Shown here: piece by piece, positions 38,148 to 51,760 of the stretch
How the letters are laid out: every line of letters starts with the position of its first letter
How positions within the stretch are numbered: position 1 is the stretch's first letter
DNA from: Chiloscyllium plagiosum
Taxonomy: Eukaryota
Reading direction: 5' to 3'
DNA: 64,000 bases
NCBI RefSeq assembly: GCF_004010195.1
Contig: NC_057752.1
Coordinates: 9,185,323 to 9,249,322 of the forward strand
The notes under the pieces: model-generated
The model's database searches: none
The model's input: the letters and a program-made list of their open reading frames with translations, nothing else
Told to the model about the DNA's origin: nothing
Program-made: the position numbers and the translations under genes

Positions 38148-39666
38148 GGGTGGAATCTTTAAAGGGGTCCAAGCAATATGGGCTACGGTGAGACTTGTGG
38201 CAGAATCTGATGAGAAATCCACAAAGCCTGTCTTTCTGCATCTTGCATGCTTTTGCCTAAGGAGTGTGGTGTGTTTTTCTTTAGGCAGTGGTAAGTTGCC
38301 CATTAAGGAGGAGAATTGCTTTTTTATAGCACTTGATGGTTTAACTTGCCTCACTAATATTCAATTTCCTATCTTATCAAATACAGCAAACAAGCTAGAC
38401 ATTGAGAAATTTTGATATACCAGTCAGAGCTGGTACCTGGTGACTTCTTCAGCTTGTCACTTGTTCCAAAGGACCTCCATGTTGGACACTGCTCCATAGT
38501 TACTAGCTACATGCACCTCCCGTGTTGACATTGGGATCTAAAATGTGCTAGCTCTCCAAGAACCCTCTTGCTACGTCTCCAATTCACTCACAAGGCACTT
38601 CTGCACTTCATTGCTGCACCTTTTGGGTTGTACCAGCAACTATTGTTGTAATGCTGTTACAAGGACGCTGCACTCAGGAACACAGCTCATGGACTGGACC
38701 AGATTGCATCTCCAGGCTGTTTGCTCACTCTCCTAGCACTTGTCCTCCTAGACTCCAGTGAGGAACAGTTTTTGCTCGGAGTTCTGGCACAGCAAGTCAA
38801 GGGCTTGAACATGGTCATTCAGGTTGCTTCCCAAAGAAAGGATAAGGGTCCAAAGGTCAGACAGCCAGACACCACTTGTCTTTTTCTGTTCTGTTGTGAT
38901 TGGTTTTCCTCTCAGAATGAGTGAGACAGGTATTTAGGAGATGAAAGTGGGTGGCACAGCTGTTGCTCAGTTCCCCACCTGCACCAAAGGTCAGTGAGGC
39001 AACACTTGGAGCATGCAGGGTTACTGGTGTCAGGTGTCTGGGTGGGTGAGAGCGAGTGGGGAACATGTTGCAGACATTAGTGAGAATGGTTAGAGCAGGA
39101 GCCTTGGTGGGAGGCATGCCATAGCAGAGAGAGTGTGAGGTATCGGAGATGATTTTACTTGTGCTTGTGGAGAGGGACATTAACCTTTTTTCTCCAGTGC
39201 TGAGCATTCCTCCAGAAGGCTGGCACTAGAGTGGCAACCCTTCAGCCTGGCATGCTGTGGTGTTGTGGCCTCCACTGCCAGTCTTTGGGATGAGGAAGCC
39301 CTGCGTCTGGACAGCTCTGTCCAGGAGGACCTCTCGGGTCTTTCCTGCAAAAAATGGGTGCTTTAGTTTTCCCTTCCATGTCCAGAACAAATGTTAGGAA
39401 ATTTGTTTGGGTACACAATGGCCTTTGAAAGATGGTGCAGATGCCATGGATGTTGGTAAATTCCAGAATATCTTCGGAGTGGTGAGCTTTTCTGGGAACA
39501 GCACGTCGTTAAAATAGGGCCAGAATTGAACGAGAGGAATGCCGCCTGGGCGGATGGATAGTTAATAAGGTGCCTTTGAAAGATATGGCAGGCAAACTTG
39601 GGCCTCGTGCTGAGAACCCCGCTTTTTAAGCCTCATACTGAGCCAGAAACATGTAAGATTCAGTCC
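38148..39666 (-). mobile_element. Non-autonomous PIF/Harbinger-like DNA transposon with Myb/SANT-like remnant
   Basis: Imperfect TIRs gggtggaatctt (38148-38159) / aagattcagtcc (39655-39666), with ACA on both flanks. Minus strand from ATG 39379 reads, with two frameshifts, MEGKTKAPIF/..EVLLDRAVQTQGFLIPK../VATLVPAFWRNAQHWRKKVN. Confidence 0.55.
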
Positions 39667-40023
39667 ACAGTCTCCATTGTTTGTAATCAAAACCATTTGA
39701 ACAATACTACTAAGTGACTGTCCACGTTTTTCCTGTACAATCTAAAAGATTGAAACAGTAGTGGAATTTTCTCAGACACAAGAATTTCTGATACCAAATG
39801 GATGTAGCCCAGTACTTCCTATTGGCAAGCTGGTCACCATTGCTCTTTTCAGGCTTCATGTAAACAACAGCTTCTTAATAAGTTGGGTGTTGTCAGTGAG
39901 TAATCACTTGGAAATTGTTCAGCACCTGGTGGAGTAAACTGGGAATATTTTTTTTCAAAATAACTATATTTTGAAACTGAAAATATTGCATGCACAGATG
40001 AGTCACCACTTGTATCCAGAAAA

Positions 40024-40051
40024 GACTGACTGACTGACTGACTGACTGACT
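40024..40051. repeat. (GACT)7 microsatellite
   Basis: Read directly. Confidence 0.95.
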
Positions 40052-42474
40052 GTCGATATAACTTTTTTTTTCCCAAAATGAAGTTTAGCACAGGTGATTT
40101 GAGGTTTTGGAGAGAGGGGGTCTGGGAAACAGATACTCTGATCTGAACGAGGAAGTTAATGAATGATCTATATTGCTAAATAGAAAACAAATTGCGTTCT
40201 GGTGAGATAGGATAGAAGTATGAAATGGAAAAACAATGAATAGCCAAGATTGTTTCTATTCACTTATGGACAGGAGCCTCTGCTGTGAAGTTCTGAAAAT
40301 CAGTGTTCAGACCACTGCGTAAAAAGTTTATGTAAATATTACCTGCATTAAAATAGCATTGTGATTTCATTGGAACATTTGTCACATTTTTAAACAAATA
40401 CATCATTTAAGAGTCATTTTATTGTTTTAATGTACTTTGGAACATCTTGAGGTCATTCAAGACACTTAAAAACCATGCTTTACAGTCAATGAAGCCTAGT
40501 AAATATCCAGGATAAAGAGTGATTTGTTTGGCTGGAAGCAGGAGGCCAAGAGGTCTGAGAAGTGATAGAGGAAGTTTAAGTTGCACACTATGGAAGTAGC
40601 AAGGTTATACCAGCAAGCAGTCAAAGTGGTCACCGAAATGCCATTGTTCTCTTCAATATAAGAGAGGCAGCACTCTGAGCAGTATATTTAACTTTTTTTT
40701 TGTGAAACATGTTATGAATTGCCTAGTGTAAAATGTGCACTGTACAGAATTTATTTTGGCTCATGGGACGTGAGTATTATTGGCTAGGCCAGCATTTATT
40801 GTCCATGCCTAATTGCATAGATGTCAGTCAACCACACTGCTGTGAGTCTGGAGGCATCGTACGGAGGCTAGACCAGGCAGATTTCCTTCCCCCAAAAGAC
40901 AATCGTGAACCCAATAGGTTTTCACAATAGACAGTGGTTATATGGCTGCCATAATTCCAGGTTTTAAAAAAAAATGTTTTCAGGTTTCACCATCTGCCAT
41001 GGTGTGATTCAAACCCATAATCTCCCAAAACATATTAGCCTGGGGTTCTAAACTACTAGTCCAGTGACATTACCACTACTCCACTGTCTCCCCTTGATGT
41101 GGCAGAAGGTGAATGATTGAAGTATTCTGTGTAGCTGCTACAAGTGTGAGCTACAGAAGGGAGGGAAGAGGAAGATTTACTTTGTATTTAATCAGAAAAG
41201 TAGGGTTGAAGGTGAGGGTGGGTGGGCAGGAGTTGGAGGAAAGGCTAAGGATCAGGCTGGGGTTATGATGATTGCTGTTGCAGACTGGGATGAGTATCTT
41301 CTGCTGATGAAGAGAGGGGAAATTTCTGAATGTGTCAAGCAGAAAGTAGAACAATTGAGGAATGAATAGAAAGAAGTGTCAAGTGTTAGACATGGATCAC
41401 AGGAAGTGAGAGATGGGTGGAAATTGGATGCATTAAGTTTCTTCCTATTTAAGTGAAAGTAGGAAGCTGTAACAACACATTTGCCATTGTAACAGAGGAA
41501 GAGGACAGGGAGGACATTTTGAATAGGATTACAACAATGTATTCCAGGTATCGTACACAAAGTTTGAAATCACTAGAACCCATTGGTTCCCATAGCAAAT
41601 CTTTATATGGGGGAAGTGAATGGATTTGAGAAGTTGTTGAAAACATTCTTCAATCAGTTAGAGGATGGTGGAGATGGATCCAGATAATATAGCTACCATT
41701 CCAATAAGGAGCAAGGATCTCAAAGGCCATCCACATGGTGGATGGAAACACAGCATTCTGTGGGACAAAATGATGCAGTTGGTCAAAAAAAAACTGAAAG
41801 CAGGAGAGGGCACTTAAAAAAAAACACAGGGGAGGGCTGAGGAAAGGAAATTAGTGAAGCTAAGAAAATGGAGTCCAAGCAAGAAGGAATTATTGTGATG
41901 AGCAATGTTTCTGCCTGTTTGTCTTTTGTGGAGCAAGAATAAGTTTGTGCAATAAGTGGTATGATTTGCGACATCCTGGGCAGCTTCTTTGATTAGTACT
42001 TGAGTTAATCCTGAGGTGGGTGGGCTTGATGACCAATAACATTATGGGCCAGACCAAACCACTTCAAAATATACTAAGAAGACCTTTTTAACCTTTTTTC
42101 TTACTTTAAAGACAAGTGCCAGACATTGTATTCCGAATGCAATTCAGTGGGCCAAACTACTAGATTTGAAGCAAAACACACTTTATTCATACACTATAGC
42201 TAAAATACAACAAAAGATAAAAGAACAGAACTTTGAAAAATGTAACTCTATTGGAAAACTTAGCAGATTCATAGATTATTTAACCATTGAACAGTAACTT
42301 TTCTCCTATCGTAATATCCCATAAACCCACACTTGGTAAAAGGTAAATTCAGTAAAATAGATTGCCTTTTGGGCAATTCTCCAGGCCAGGAGGAAACAAC
42401 ATGCAGAGAATAGCTTCTAATTAAACCTGTTGGACTATGACCTGGTGTTGTGATTTTTAACTTCCTTCACTATC

Positions 42475-42561
42475 ATCCCTGAAGAAGGGTTATACCTGAA
42501 ACGTCAACCACATCCTGATGTTGCTTGGCTTGCAGTAATCTTCAAACTCCTTGCTTGCCGT
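42475..42561 (+). mobile_element. Very short PLE pLTR insertion beginning at the hammerhead core
   Basis: CTGAAGA-A-GGGT-tat-ACCT-GAAACGTC at 42479-42505. TSD cttcactatc (42465-42474 / 42562-42571). Confidence 0.7.
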
Positions 42562-43079
42562 CTTCACTATCTGAGCAGCAGTGAAGGATATTGAAAATTG
42601 TGTAATCATCTGTCAACATTCCTACTTTTGACCTTGGGTTGGAGGGTAGGTCATGAAGCATTTGCACAGTCTTCAGATCCAGGGCACTACTTTGAGGAAC
42701 TGCAGTGATGTCCTGGGACAAAAATGATTAGCCTCCAACAATGACAACCATCTTCCTTTTGTGCTAGATATGACTTGTAACCAGGGGTTTCTCCCCCATT
42801 TCCCCTTGACTTCAGTTTTGCCAGGGCTCTTTGATGTTGCACTCGGTCAAATGCTGTTCATGTCGTCATCATCATTGCCTAAAGTTACCAAAAATAGCTA
42901 CCCCTTTTTGAGGTTCTTCATCCTTTCAATGAGAACAGTTTCTTCCAATTTACCCTGTCCATGATTTTGAGCTCTTGTAATACATCTTCCCTCCACTTTC
43001 TCCAGGATGAATAGCCCCAACTTCTCCAGTGTATCAACTGAAGTGTAGGAGGTTGGGGAGTGACCTTCCATAGAGGGAT

Positions 43080-43362
43080 ACAGATAAACTAAGGATGGGG
43101 GAAGTTCAAACCTAGGGGGCATATTTTTAAGGTGAGGGGAGAAAGATTTTAAAAGGACATGAGGGGCAACTTTTACGAACCATCCTCGGTGGGGAAGTGG
43201 AATGAAGTGCCAGAGGAAGTGGTGGGTGCAGGTACAGTTACAACATTTAAAAGCCCTTTGGACAGGGACATGAATGATTTAGAGGGACGTGGATCAAACA
43301 AAAGAAAATGGGACCAGTTCAGTTTGGGAAACTTGGTCAGCATGTATGAGTTGGCCCAAAGG
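43080..43362 (+). mobile_element. CR1 3' tail fragment
   Basis: MRGNF..WNEVPEEVVGAGTVTTFK. Confidence 0.8.
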
Positions 43363-45549
43363 CTCAGCAGATAAGGTAGCGCTTTTATGGAAAGAGAAAA
43401 AGTTTAACATTTTGGGGTAGTGATCTTTTTTTTAATATTAGAATTGGTAAATGTTACAGATATTTCAAGTCCAAAGGCAGACAGAGTACAAAAGGATTGA
43501 TCATGAATGGCAGGAGAGATTGAATGACAAAAATAATGATGGAAAAGGAGATGGTAGAAGTAGAGAAACCAGATGGACCTAGAGGAGATACAAATGGGAA
43601 AAGCAGAATCTTCACAGCTACTGCCCCCTTTTGTTTTTCTGGATACGGTCTGAAATTGTTGAACTCACTGATCCTGGATTGCTGTAAAGCATACAATGAA
43701 ATATGCCTCTCAGTTTCTGTTCTAGAAATGAGTGAATTAGCTTGTAGGTGTGGCATCAATCTGATATGGAAGCTGTCCAAGAAGTAGAAATGTGATGTGG
43801 AGAGTAATGTGTTAACAATGTCAAGGAAGTGACTAAACCAGTAAGCAAATACTACAATTTCGTTGCACACTTTGTCTTACGAGCTCTGGTGTATTTCTGC
43901 AGGTGCCTTTTGGACAAGTGCTGAATCTGACATTGCAGGTTTGGGAGAAAGTAAGCATTTGTTCAGTTAATGGCCAATGTTTAAATGCTTTGTGTTTTAA
44001 AGAGAAATAGCTAATTGTGGTGTTGCCACACCATTTAAGGTTGATACGAGTATGTGTACTGTTCGAGTTCCTGAAATGTTTGTCCAGTTCGAGGCACCTG
44101 TTCCAACAGGTTGAAAGTATTTTCACTTGTGTATTTGCCTAATTTTGTATTGATACTTTCATTTAAAAAAAGAATTCCATGATACATAGCAAGATCCTTT
44201 TTCTTTGCTTAATCAATTGCTTTGGCAATTTGGGATTAAAATCCCTGGTTAGGGGTACTAAGAATTGTGATTTGAGAAAGTTTCACATCTAATGTGGTGT
44301 TTTCATTAGCTACCAGTTTCATTTTTTCTGTATTGAAGAATGCTTGAGTGATAAGTTTTCTGGCAGTATTTTCCAGTTTTCTTTTTCTGCATTGATGTAA
44401 TTTCAAAAGAAGATACTCGATCTCTACTTGAATGAACAAAAAATCTGCCTATAACCAATATATGACACATTTGATGCAATGAAGGAATGACACTTACTAC
44501 TCGTGTTGCTAGCGGAAGAAAATCCTAGTTCTAAGGTATTGGGACTAAAACCCTGAAGGTGTGTTCAACCTCATTATGTTGATTAAAAGTTCACTTTGTA
44601 TTATTGATGTGCTCATGGCTTTGAGTAGGCTTGAATAGGAATACGATCACTAAAATAGTAAATATTATTGTATTAAAGTCTCCAGGATTGAGCTGGGGTC
44701 TGTCTTCCTATTATGAGCAGATTTAATAACCCAGCTTTTGCTTTTCTTGACTATAAATTGGTTGCATTTTTGATAAATTGCTAAACCAGCAGACTGTTGT
44801 TTAGCTTGGAGGGAGGGACTTTTGTTCATGAGACTACATTTCCAATAAATAATGTAGTAGGTGTGAGTGGTGAAACCATATCCTTGTGCTGACTATCCCT
44901 TTCGGCTCTTGTGTTATTCTGTTGGTGTTAACTTTTATTCGCTTTGCATGCGATTCTTCTTTTTAATTTTCTCTATGCTCAACTGTGTATTCCACAAGAT
45001 GGCAGTAGCACTATGTGGGCAAGCTATTTGTAGACTTTCCATCATCTTTGTAAAATGTAGAGTGTCAAATTAAAGTCCTGACTCCACCCAGAGGTGTGAG
45101 ATAACATTTTTTCTGAACGGGCTGATTTGAAAATACTTTTCAACTTTTTTAACCCTCCTTTGGATACTGTTTTAGCATAAGCAATTTGCAAATTTGCTAT
45201 TTGTGGAATCTTGCATTTATTTTCCTATTACTGTTCCTGTCATTTGTATTCGGTTTTGTTAGCTACAGATTATACTGAATCAACCCTTGCCACCTTAATG
45301 CAGACAGTCTGTCTGTCTGAATTTGGATGACTTCCTCCAGTATCCGTCCAAGTTTTAAAAACTTGGACATGTCCAAATGGAGTATCTGCTGGGTGGGAGG
45401 TGTAGAAATCAACCTTGTGTCCATGATTCTGTTTTACTTTGTCTTTCTGCTACCATATCTGACCCTGACGTGAGTTTTGCATCTGTCTGTGTTTGTAGTG
45501 CAAGAAAAGTTTCCTGTGAAAGATGGGAACATGAAATATTTCGAGCAAG

Positions 45550-46598
45550 AATGAGGGTGATGGCAGAGGCTTGCTTTTCAGACTGGAGATCAGTGGCCAG
45601 TAGTGTGCCACAAGGATTGGTGCTAGGTCCACAGCTTTTTGTCATTTATATGAATGATTTGGATGGGAACTTGGGAGGTATGGTTAGTAAGTTTGCAGGT
45701 GACACCAATATTAGAGGTTTAGTGGACAGTGAAGAAGGTTACCTCCGATTACAACGGGATCTTGAACAGATGGGCCAATGGGTTGAGAAGTGGCAGATGG
45801 AGTTTAATTCAGATAAATGAGAGGTGCTGCATTTTGGGAAAATAAATCTTAGCAGGACTTATCCACTTAATAGGTCCTGGTGAGTGTTTGCTGAACAAAG
45901 AGACCTTGGAGTGCAGGTTCCTAGTTCCTTGAAAGTAGAGTCACAGGTAGATAGTGAAGAAGGCATTTGGTCTGCTTTCCTTTATTGGTCAGAGCATTAA
46001 TATAGGAGTTGGGAGGTCATGTTGCGGCTGTACAGGACATTGGTTAGGCCACTTTTGAAATGCTGCATGCATTTCTGGTCTCCTGCTGTAGGAATGTTGT
46101 TGTGAAACCTGAAAGGGTTCAGAAAAGATCGAAAAGGATGTTGCCAGGGTTGGAGGATTTGAGCTACAGGAAGAGGCTATTAGGTGGGGGTTGTTTTTTT
46201 CCCTGGAATATTGGAGGCTAAGGGGTGACCTTATAAGAGGCTTATAAAATCATGAGGGCCATGGTTAGGGTAAATAGACAAGGTCTTTTCCCAGGTGTGG
46301 GAAAGTCCAGAACTAGAGGGCATAGGTTTATGGTGAAAGGGGTAAGATATAAAAGGGACCTAACTGGTAACTTTTTCACGCAGAGGGTGGTGCTTGTATG
46401 GAATGAGCTGCCAGAGGAAGTGGTAGCGGCTGGTACAATTATAACATGTATCTGAATGGGTATATGAATAGGAAAGGTTTAGAGGGATATGGGCCAAATG
46501 TTGGCAAGCAGGACTAGATTAATTTAAGATATCTGTTCGGCATGGGTAAGGTGGACCGAAGGATCTGTTTCCATGCTGTACACCTCTCTCGGACTCTA
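45550..46598 (+). mobile_element. CR1 LINE 3' 1 kb (RT)
   Basis: SSVPQGLVLGPQLFVIYMNDLD..KFAGDT..WQMEFNSDK and CR1 tail. Confidence 0.92.
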
Positions 46599-46784
46599 TA
46601 ACCAGGATTTAGCTTTTGGGTTGGGGTCAAGGCTTGGTCTTGATATGATTGACATGGCAGTTTGATGCTTCAGAATCCAGACTACATACCAGTGGCAATA
46701 GTTAAACTGCAGTTGGAGTTCAAAGTTTCAATTTTGATGTTCTTTTAATTGGAATATTCCCTGGAGGCTAGGAAAGTTCATGCA

Positions 46785-47970
46785 GGTAAGAGGTGTGGGA
46801 ATAGAATTATTGGACTGTCTTAGAGTGCTGAAGTATAGATGCTTGCTGCAGCTATATTGAGCCTTGGTGAGACAGCACCTTAAGATTTTGTACAGTTTTG
46901 GTCATCTGATTGAAGGCTAGATGCCTGAAGAGGGAGTAGAATGAAGGTTCACCAAGCTAATCCCTAAGATGGCAGGATTGTCTTATGAGGAGAGATTGTA
47001 TTCTATAGCTTGAAGTGTCCTTGAGCCCAACAGCACAGAGACGGGCCCTTTGGCCCAAATTGGTCCATGTCGACCAAAATGTCCATCCATGATAACCCCA
47101 TTTCCCTGCACTTGGCCTATATCCTTCTAATCCTTTCCTATCCACATATTTGTCCAAATGCCTTTTTTTAAATGTTGTTAATGTACCTGCCTCGACCACT
47201 TCCACTGGCAGCTCGTTCCATATGCATACCACCCTCTGCGCAAAAAACAATTGCGTCTCAGGTTCCCTTTTATTCTTTCCCATCTAACATTAAACCAATG
47301 ACCTATAATCCTCGATTCCCCAATTCTGGGGAAAAAGACTGAGTGCATTCACCCTATCCATGCCCCTCATGATTTTTTGCACCTCTGCAAGGTCCCCCCC
47401 TCAGTCTCCTACGCTCTAAAGAAAAAAAAGTTCTAGCTTGTCCAACCTCTCCCTATAACTCAGACCATTGAATCCAGGCAACCTCCTTGTAATATTCTTC
47501 TGCACTCTTTTCCAGTTTAGGGAGGACGTTACTACAACAAGGTGACCAAAACTGAACACAATGCTCCCAAATGTGGCCTCACCAATGTCCTCTATGGGAT
47601 CTCATTAAAAATTGCATAATTCTTTTGAGGGCATGACAAGATGGATGTCAATAGGATGTTTCCTTGGCTGGTGGGATTTAGAACCCAAGGGACGCAATCA
47701 CAGCGTAAGGTGCAAGCCATTTAAGAGGAGGAGGGAGAATTTCTTCACGCAGGTGATAAATCTTTGGAATTTTATTGTTCAGAGATCTGTGGAAGCTCAC
47801 TTACTGAGCAGGTTAAAGATTGAGATCGATAAATTTCTGGGAAGTATTAATATAAAGGGATTTGGGGAAAATATGGGCAAAAAAGTGTAAAAGTAGATCA
47901 TCAGCTGTGATCTACTTGGTGGAGCAAGGTCAATGGGCCGCATGGCTTACTCCTATTTCTTATGTTCCTA
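46785..47970 (+). mobile_element. Old CR1 3' fragment interrupted by an opposite-strand CR1 fragment (~47027-47592)
   Basis: Plus strand RRRENFFTQVINLWN; minus strand FFAQRVVCIWNELPVEVVEAGTLTTFK. Confidence 0.75.
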
Positions 47971-48300
47971 TACCTGGTGAGCTTATACATATTCAGATGT
48001 GTGCAGATTTGACTTTGTGCGTTTCATGTTGCTGCAGCAGATGTTTTGTTAAATCATAGTTTCTTTCTGTGTGAGATGCTGCTGGCTCTCTCCTGATTTC
48101 TTTGTTATTTATAATCTGCAAGAACCTAGCATCTATTATCTGGTACTTGCTTCTAATATAGATGTGTGGTAATAAAATGTTCAAGGGTTAATTAGCAATA
48201 GAAGGATGTCAAATTAATCTAGTTTGGATCAGGGACTGAAGCTGTTCTGATATCAGCCTTTCCGCCAGAGCTTCCCAGTAGTTGGCCTTTGTGAAATTAG

Positions 48301-48481
48301 AGACAAAAAACTGCAAATGGTAGAATCCAGGGTACACAAGCAGGAGGCTGGACAAACTCAGCAAGCCAGGCAGCATCCGGTGGAGGAGAAGTCAGTGTAG
48401 CTTTATACCTGAAACGTTGACTTCTCTACCTGATGCTGCCTGGCTTGCTGTGTTCATCCAGCCTCCTGCTTATCTACCAGA
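48301..48481. mobile_element. PLE-derived fold-back element (related to 42475-42561)
   Basis: Arms aagcaggaggctgga..agcaagccaggcagcatc / gatgctgcctggcttgct..tccagcctcctgctt. TSD gtgaaattag (48291-48300) / gtaaaattag (48482-48491). Confidence 0.8.
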
Positions 48482-48810
48482 GTAAAATTAGTGCATTTAC
48501 TTTGGTTTCAGGAAGCTGCATTAGTTGTGTGTGTTGGGAGACTGAAGATGTTGAACACCTATGAAAGCTAATCTGAAAGTCATGTGCTGATCTATCTTTC
48601 TTCAGCAGGAGTATAGTTTGGTCCCAAGGGAAAGGGGAAAATCTAGTTGCCCACCCTACCTTGCTGGAAGTTTGCTAGCTGCCCAATTTAGGTTTGCTGT
48701 CTCATCCTAGGAGTGGGAACAGTCCCCTGAATGTCCTGAGGTCGGGGACTGATGCAAATATGCAGAGGCAAGTAGAGTTTTGCAAAGTGACCAAGCACTT
48801 GACGTGCTTT

Positions 48811-49417
48811 TGTTATGGGCCAGGTCAGACCCCTCAACAGTAAGAAGGTAGCCCAGACCCTAACATTTCTAGTTGTTTTAGGCAGATGTAGGGTGGATAT
48901 CCCAGAAGTGATGCACCTGGTCAGACCACTTGACTTCAAGTAAAACAATTTATTTACGCACCATCGAATGAAACGCAAACAAAAGAAAACCGAATAATAA
49001 CAACTTGAAAACTCAACAGACTATATCACAACGTCATGAAGCTGTTCCAATTTGCTGTGATATCCCTTGGCAAAAAAGATACATTCAAGCCCAGGTTCTT
49101 AGAGGAGGAATGTTAGAGAGAGGATCAGCCAGGGATCATTTGTTGAAGCATAGAACCTCTTTCACTGTTTCTAACTGCTAAAACTAAACCAAACTAGAAA
49201 AATCCCTTAACTGGGAGAACTGGCATGCCCCTTTTTCATTGTACAACTGATTTTAAAAAACCTAAAAGCCTTTTTCCTGATTGTTGCCTTGGACAGTATC
49301 TGTTGGCCATTAGCAAAGGCCCCAAAACCCAGACAAATCCGAACCCCTGCCTTTTACAACCCTACTTGAGAAAAAACATGGACAACATAATCATCTTAAA
49401 GGAGAAGCACCGTCCCA
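48811..49417 (-). mobile_element. Solo LTR
   Basis: TG...CA ends, homology to 31168 and 42040, flanks cttt / gttt. Confidence 0.55.
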
Positions 49418-51642
49418 GTTTGTTTTCAAGATTTATTTAGGACCACCCCCAAAAAACAAAGGTTGTGGAATTCTTTACTTTGCTTTTCAAGTTTGTTTTT
49501 ATATAAATTCCACCCTTTTTAAAATGACTTGTCCTTTTTTTTTCCCATCGCCCATATTTTTCTGAATCTGTGACGACCTAATGTACTGTTTTCCATGATT
49601 TTGATGTGATGTATCCTGTTCCAACCTTCAGGGATGCTGAAATTAATTGTAGCTATATGGTTAAGGTCCTTAAACTCTGCACAGATCTGGAATAAAACTT
49701 AGGTTTTTTTTGTGTACTTTTTTTTTAACATCTTATTCACTCTTTTTCTTATAATGGTGGACTTTATAAGGCTTTGTAATCTGGCAACTTGAACAACTAA
49801 ATGTACAGTAATGGAATACTGTGCAAGCTTTGTTTTCATACTTCAACTTTCTGACAAAAATATTTTTTGAGCTGCACAAATCTAATGAAGTACTGGTGGC
49901 TGTGGTTTGTTTCTGGGATGATCTTGTTTACAAATCTTTTCATGGCCTTACCCTTCCCTATCTCTAATAACTTCCCCCTGGTCCTTGGAGATGTCCAAGC
50001 TCATCTGATTCTTCTGTTTTTTTTTTGCCCATCTGCAGGTTTCCATTGTTGCACTGTTGTGTGGCTATACCTTCAACTGTCAGACCTTTAAACTCTGGAA
50101 TTCCTTTCCAACTTATGTGACTTTCCTACCTTTGCTCTCCTGCTTTTTAGATGCTCCTTTAACTTGCCTCTGACCAGGCTTTAGTTGGAAAAAGTCTGGT
50201 GCATTAATGCCCTTTTAGGGAAAGAAACTGCTGTCCTTACCTTGACTGGCCTACGCATGACTCCAGATACATTAATCTTTGATTCTTCTACATATCACAG
50301 GAAAAAAACCCAGGGAAGTGGAACTGAGGAATTTCAGATCAGCTATGATCCTACTGAATGAGTGTCAGCCTAAAGTGCCCTCTGGACAATTAGGGATTGG
50401 TAATAAAATGTTGGCCTGGCCAGTGACTATTTAAAACAAAATGCTATTCTCCCACATGGAGAGAAACTGGATGTGACCATTCCTGACATGAAAGTGAGGG
50501 CATGTTTCTGGAGACGACTGCTCATTGCTTGCTCCTCCAACACCTCCGTTTTAGTCCGCATTACCCAACATTTCCATGGCAGTGACTGTCTGGTACCTTC
50601 ATCCGCTGAGGTTGGACGTTCACCAGCCTCAACACATCATGTTATGTCTCCAACTCACTTAGAATACAGTTCTCCAATTTGTTATTACACTTTGGAACAC
50701 ACTGGTACCTTTTTGTTATAATATTTCTGCCAGGCCACTTTGTGTGTGGGGATGAGCAGCATCCAAAGGATTGAACCAGGGTTCACCTCTGGGCTCATTT
50801 TCTTTATTCCCTTAGCACTTACTGATTTTGTGCTTACATGGAGGCTAATAGTATCTCTGCCATGCCTTGCCTTTTTTGTGCTTTGCTGTCTCATTCAGAG
50901 CTTAAAGCTTTGCAGTTCTTCTGCTGTGCGTTGTCTCTTAATGTGGATACGAAGTCAGGTAGCTTGTCATTGTTGTCAGCAGTGATCAGTCATGGGAGGT
51001 GAAGACCTCAATGAAAGAAGCTCAGTATTGTTGTGGTCAACAGGGAGTGCAAGGAGCAATGGAACATGAAGGGTTGGAGTGGTGAGGTGGGGGGAGTATT
51101 GATCATCAGGCTGGTACTGTGACTCACTCTCAAGCATGACCTAAGTTATTTTCCATTCTAAAATACATTGCAAATGTACAAGAGAAATCGAAAATGGCTG
51201 TGGCCATGCCGAGAGTGGGTGGCGGAAGTGTCGTCTTTTCTGTTTTGAGTATGTGGGCTCTATTTGTTAGTGATGTCAGGACCTTCAGTGGGAAATTGCA
51301 TTAATCAGGTGCTTCACCAGTCGAAGTTGATGACCTATGTAACCAGAGTACCCTACATTTGAAATGCATGCACAGCCCAACTCTGTGGAATACAAATCCT
51401 AGCCACAAGCAATCGTGACCATGTTATTAGTCATTAGAAATTGATTATAGTCATCTCTGTGAAGCAGATGTAATCACAAGCAACCAATTCAAAGACAATC
51501 CAAGGTCTCATCAGTTGCACAAAGGCATAGAGCAGATTTCATCTCACCTTGCGCAACAGTGTTTTCCAACATGCTTTTATATGCAATGCTGCCTTTCTTG
51601 GTTGATGTAGGGATTGGAGGGGAAAGGTTTCAGTAATTGTAT

Positions 51643-51758
51643 AGGTAAAAACAATGACTGCAGATGCTGGAAACCAGATTCTGGATTAGTGGTGCTGGAA
51701 CAGCACAGCAGTTCAGGCAGCATCCAAGGAGCAGCGAAATCGACGTTTCGGGCAAAAG
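51643..51758 (-). mobile_element. PLE pLTR tail fragment, truncated in hammerhead stem II
   Basis: Reverse complement of ~10508-10623. Confidence 0.85.
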
Positions 51759-51760
51759 TG

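Noticed and set aside
50440..51330. Possible Harbinger transposase remnant
   Set aside because: Similarity was too faint and no TIR or TSD was found.
5256..51758. Recurrent short palindromic repeats as CRISPR-like or prokaryotic structures
   Set aside because: They are dispersed, not arrayed with spacers, have TSDs and match PLE pLTRs in a vertebrate context.
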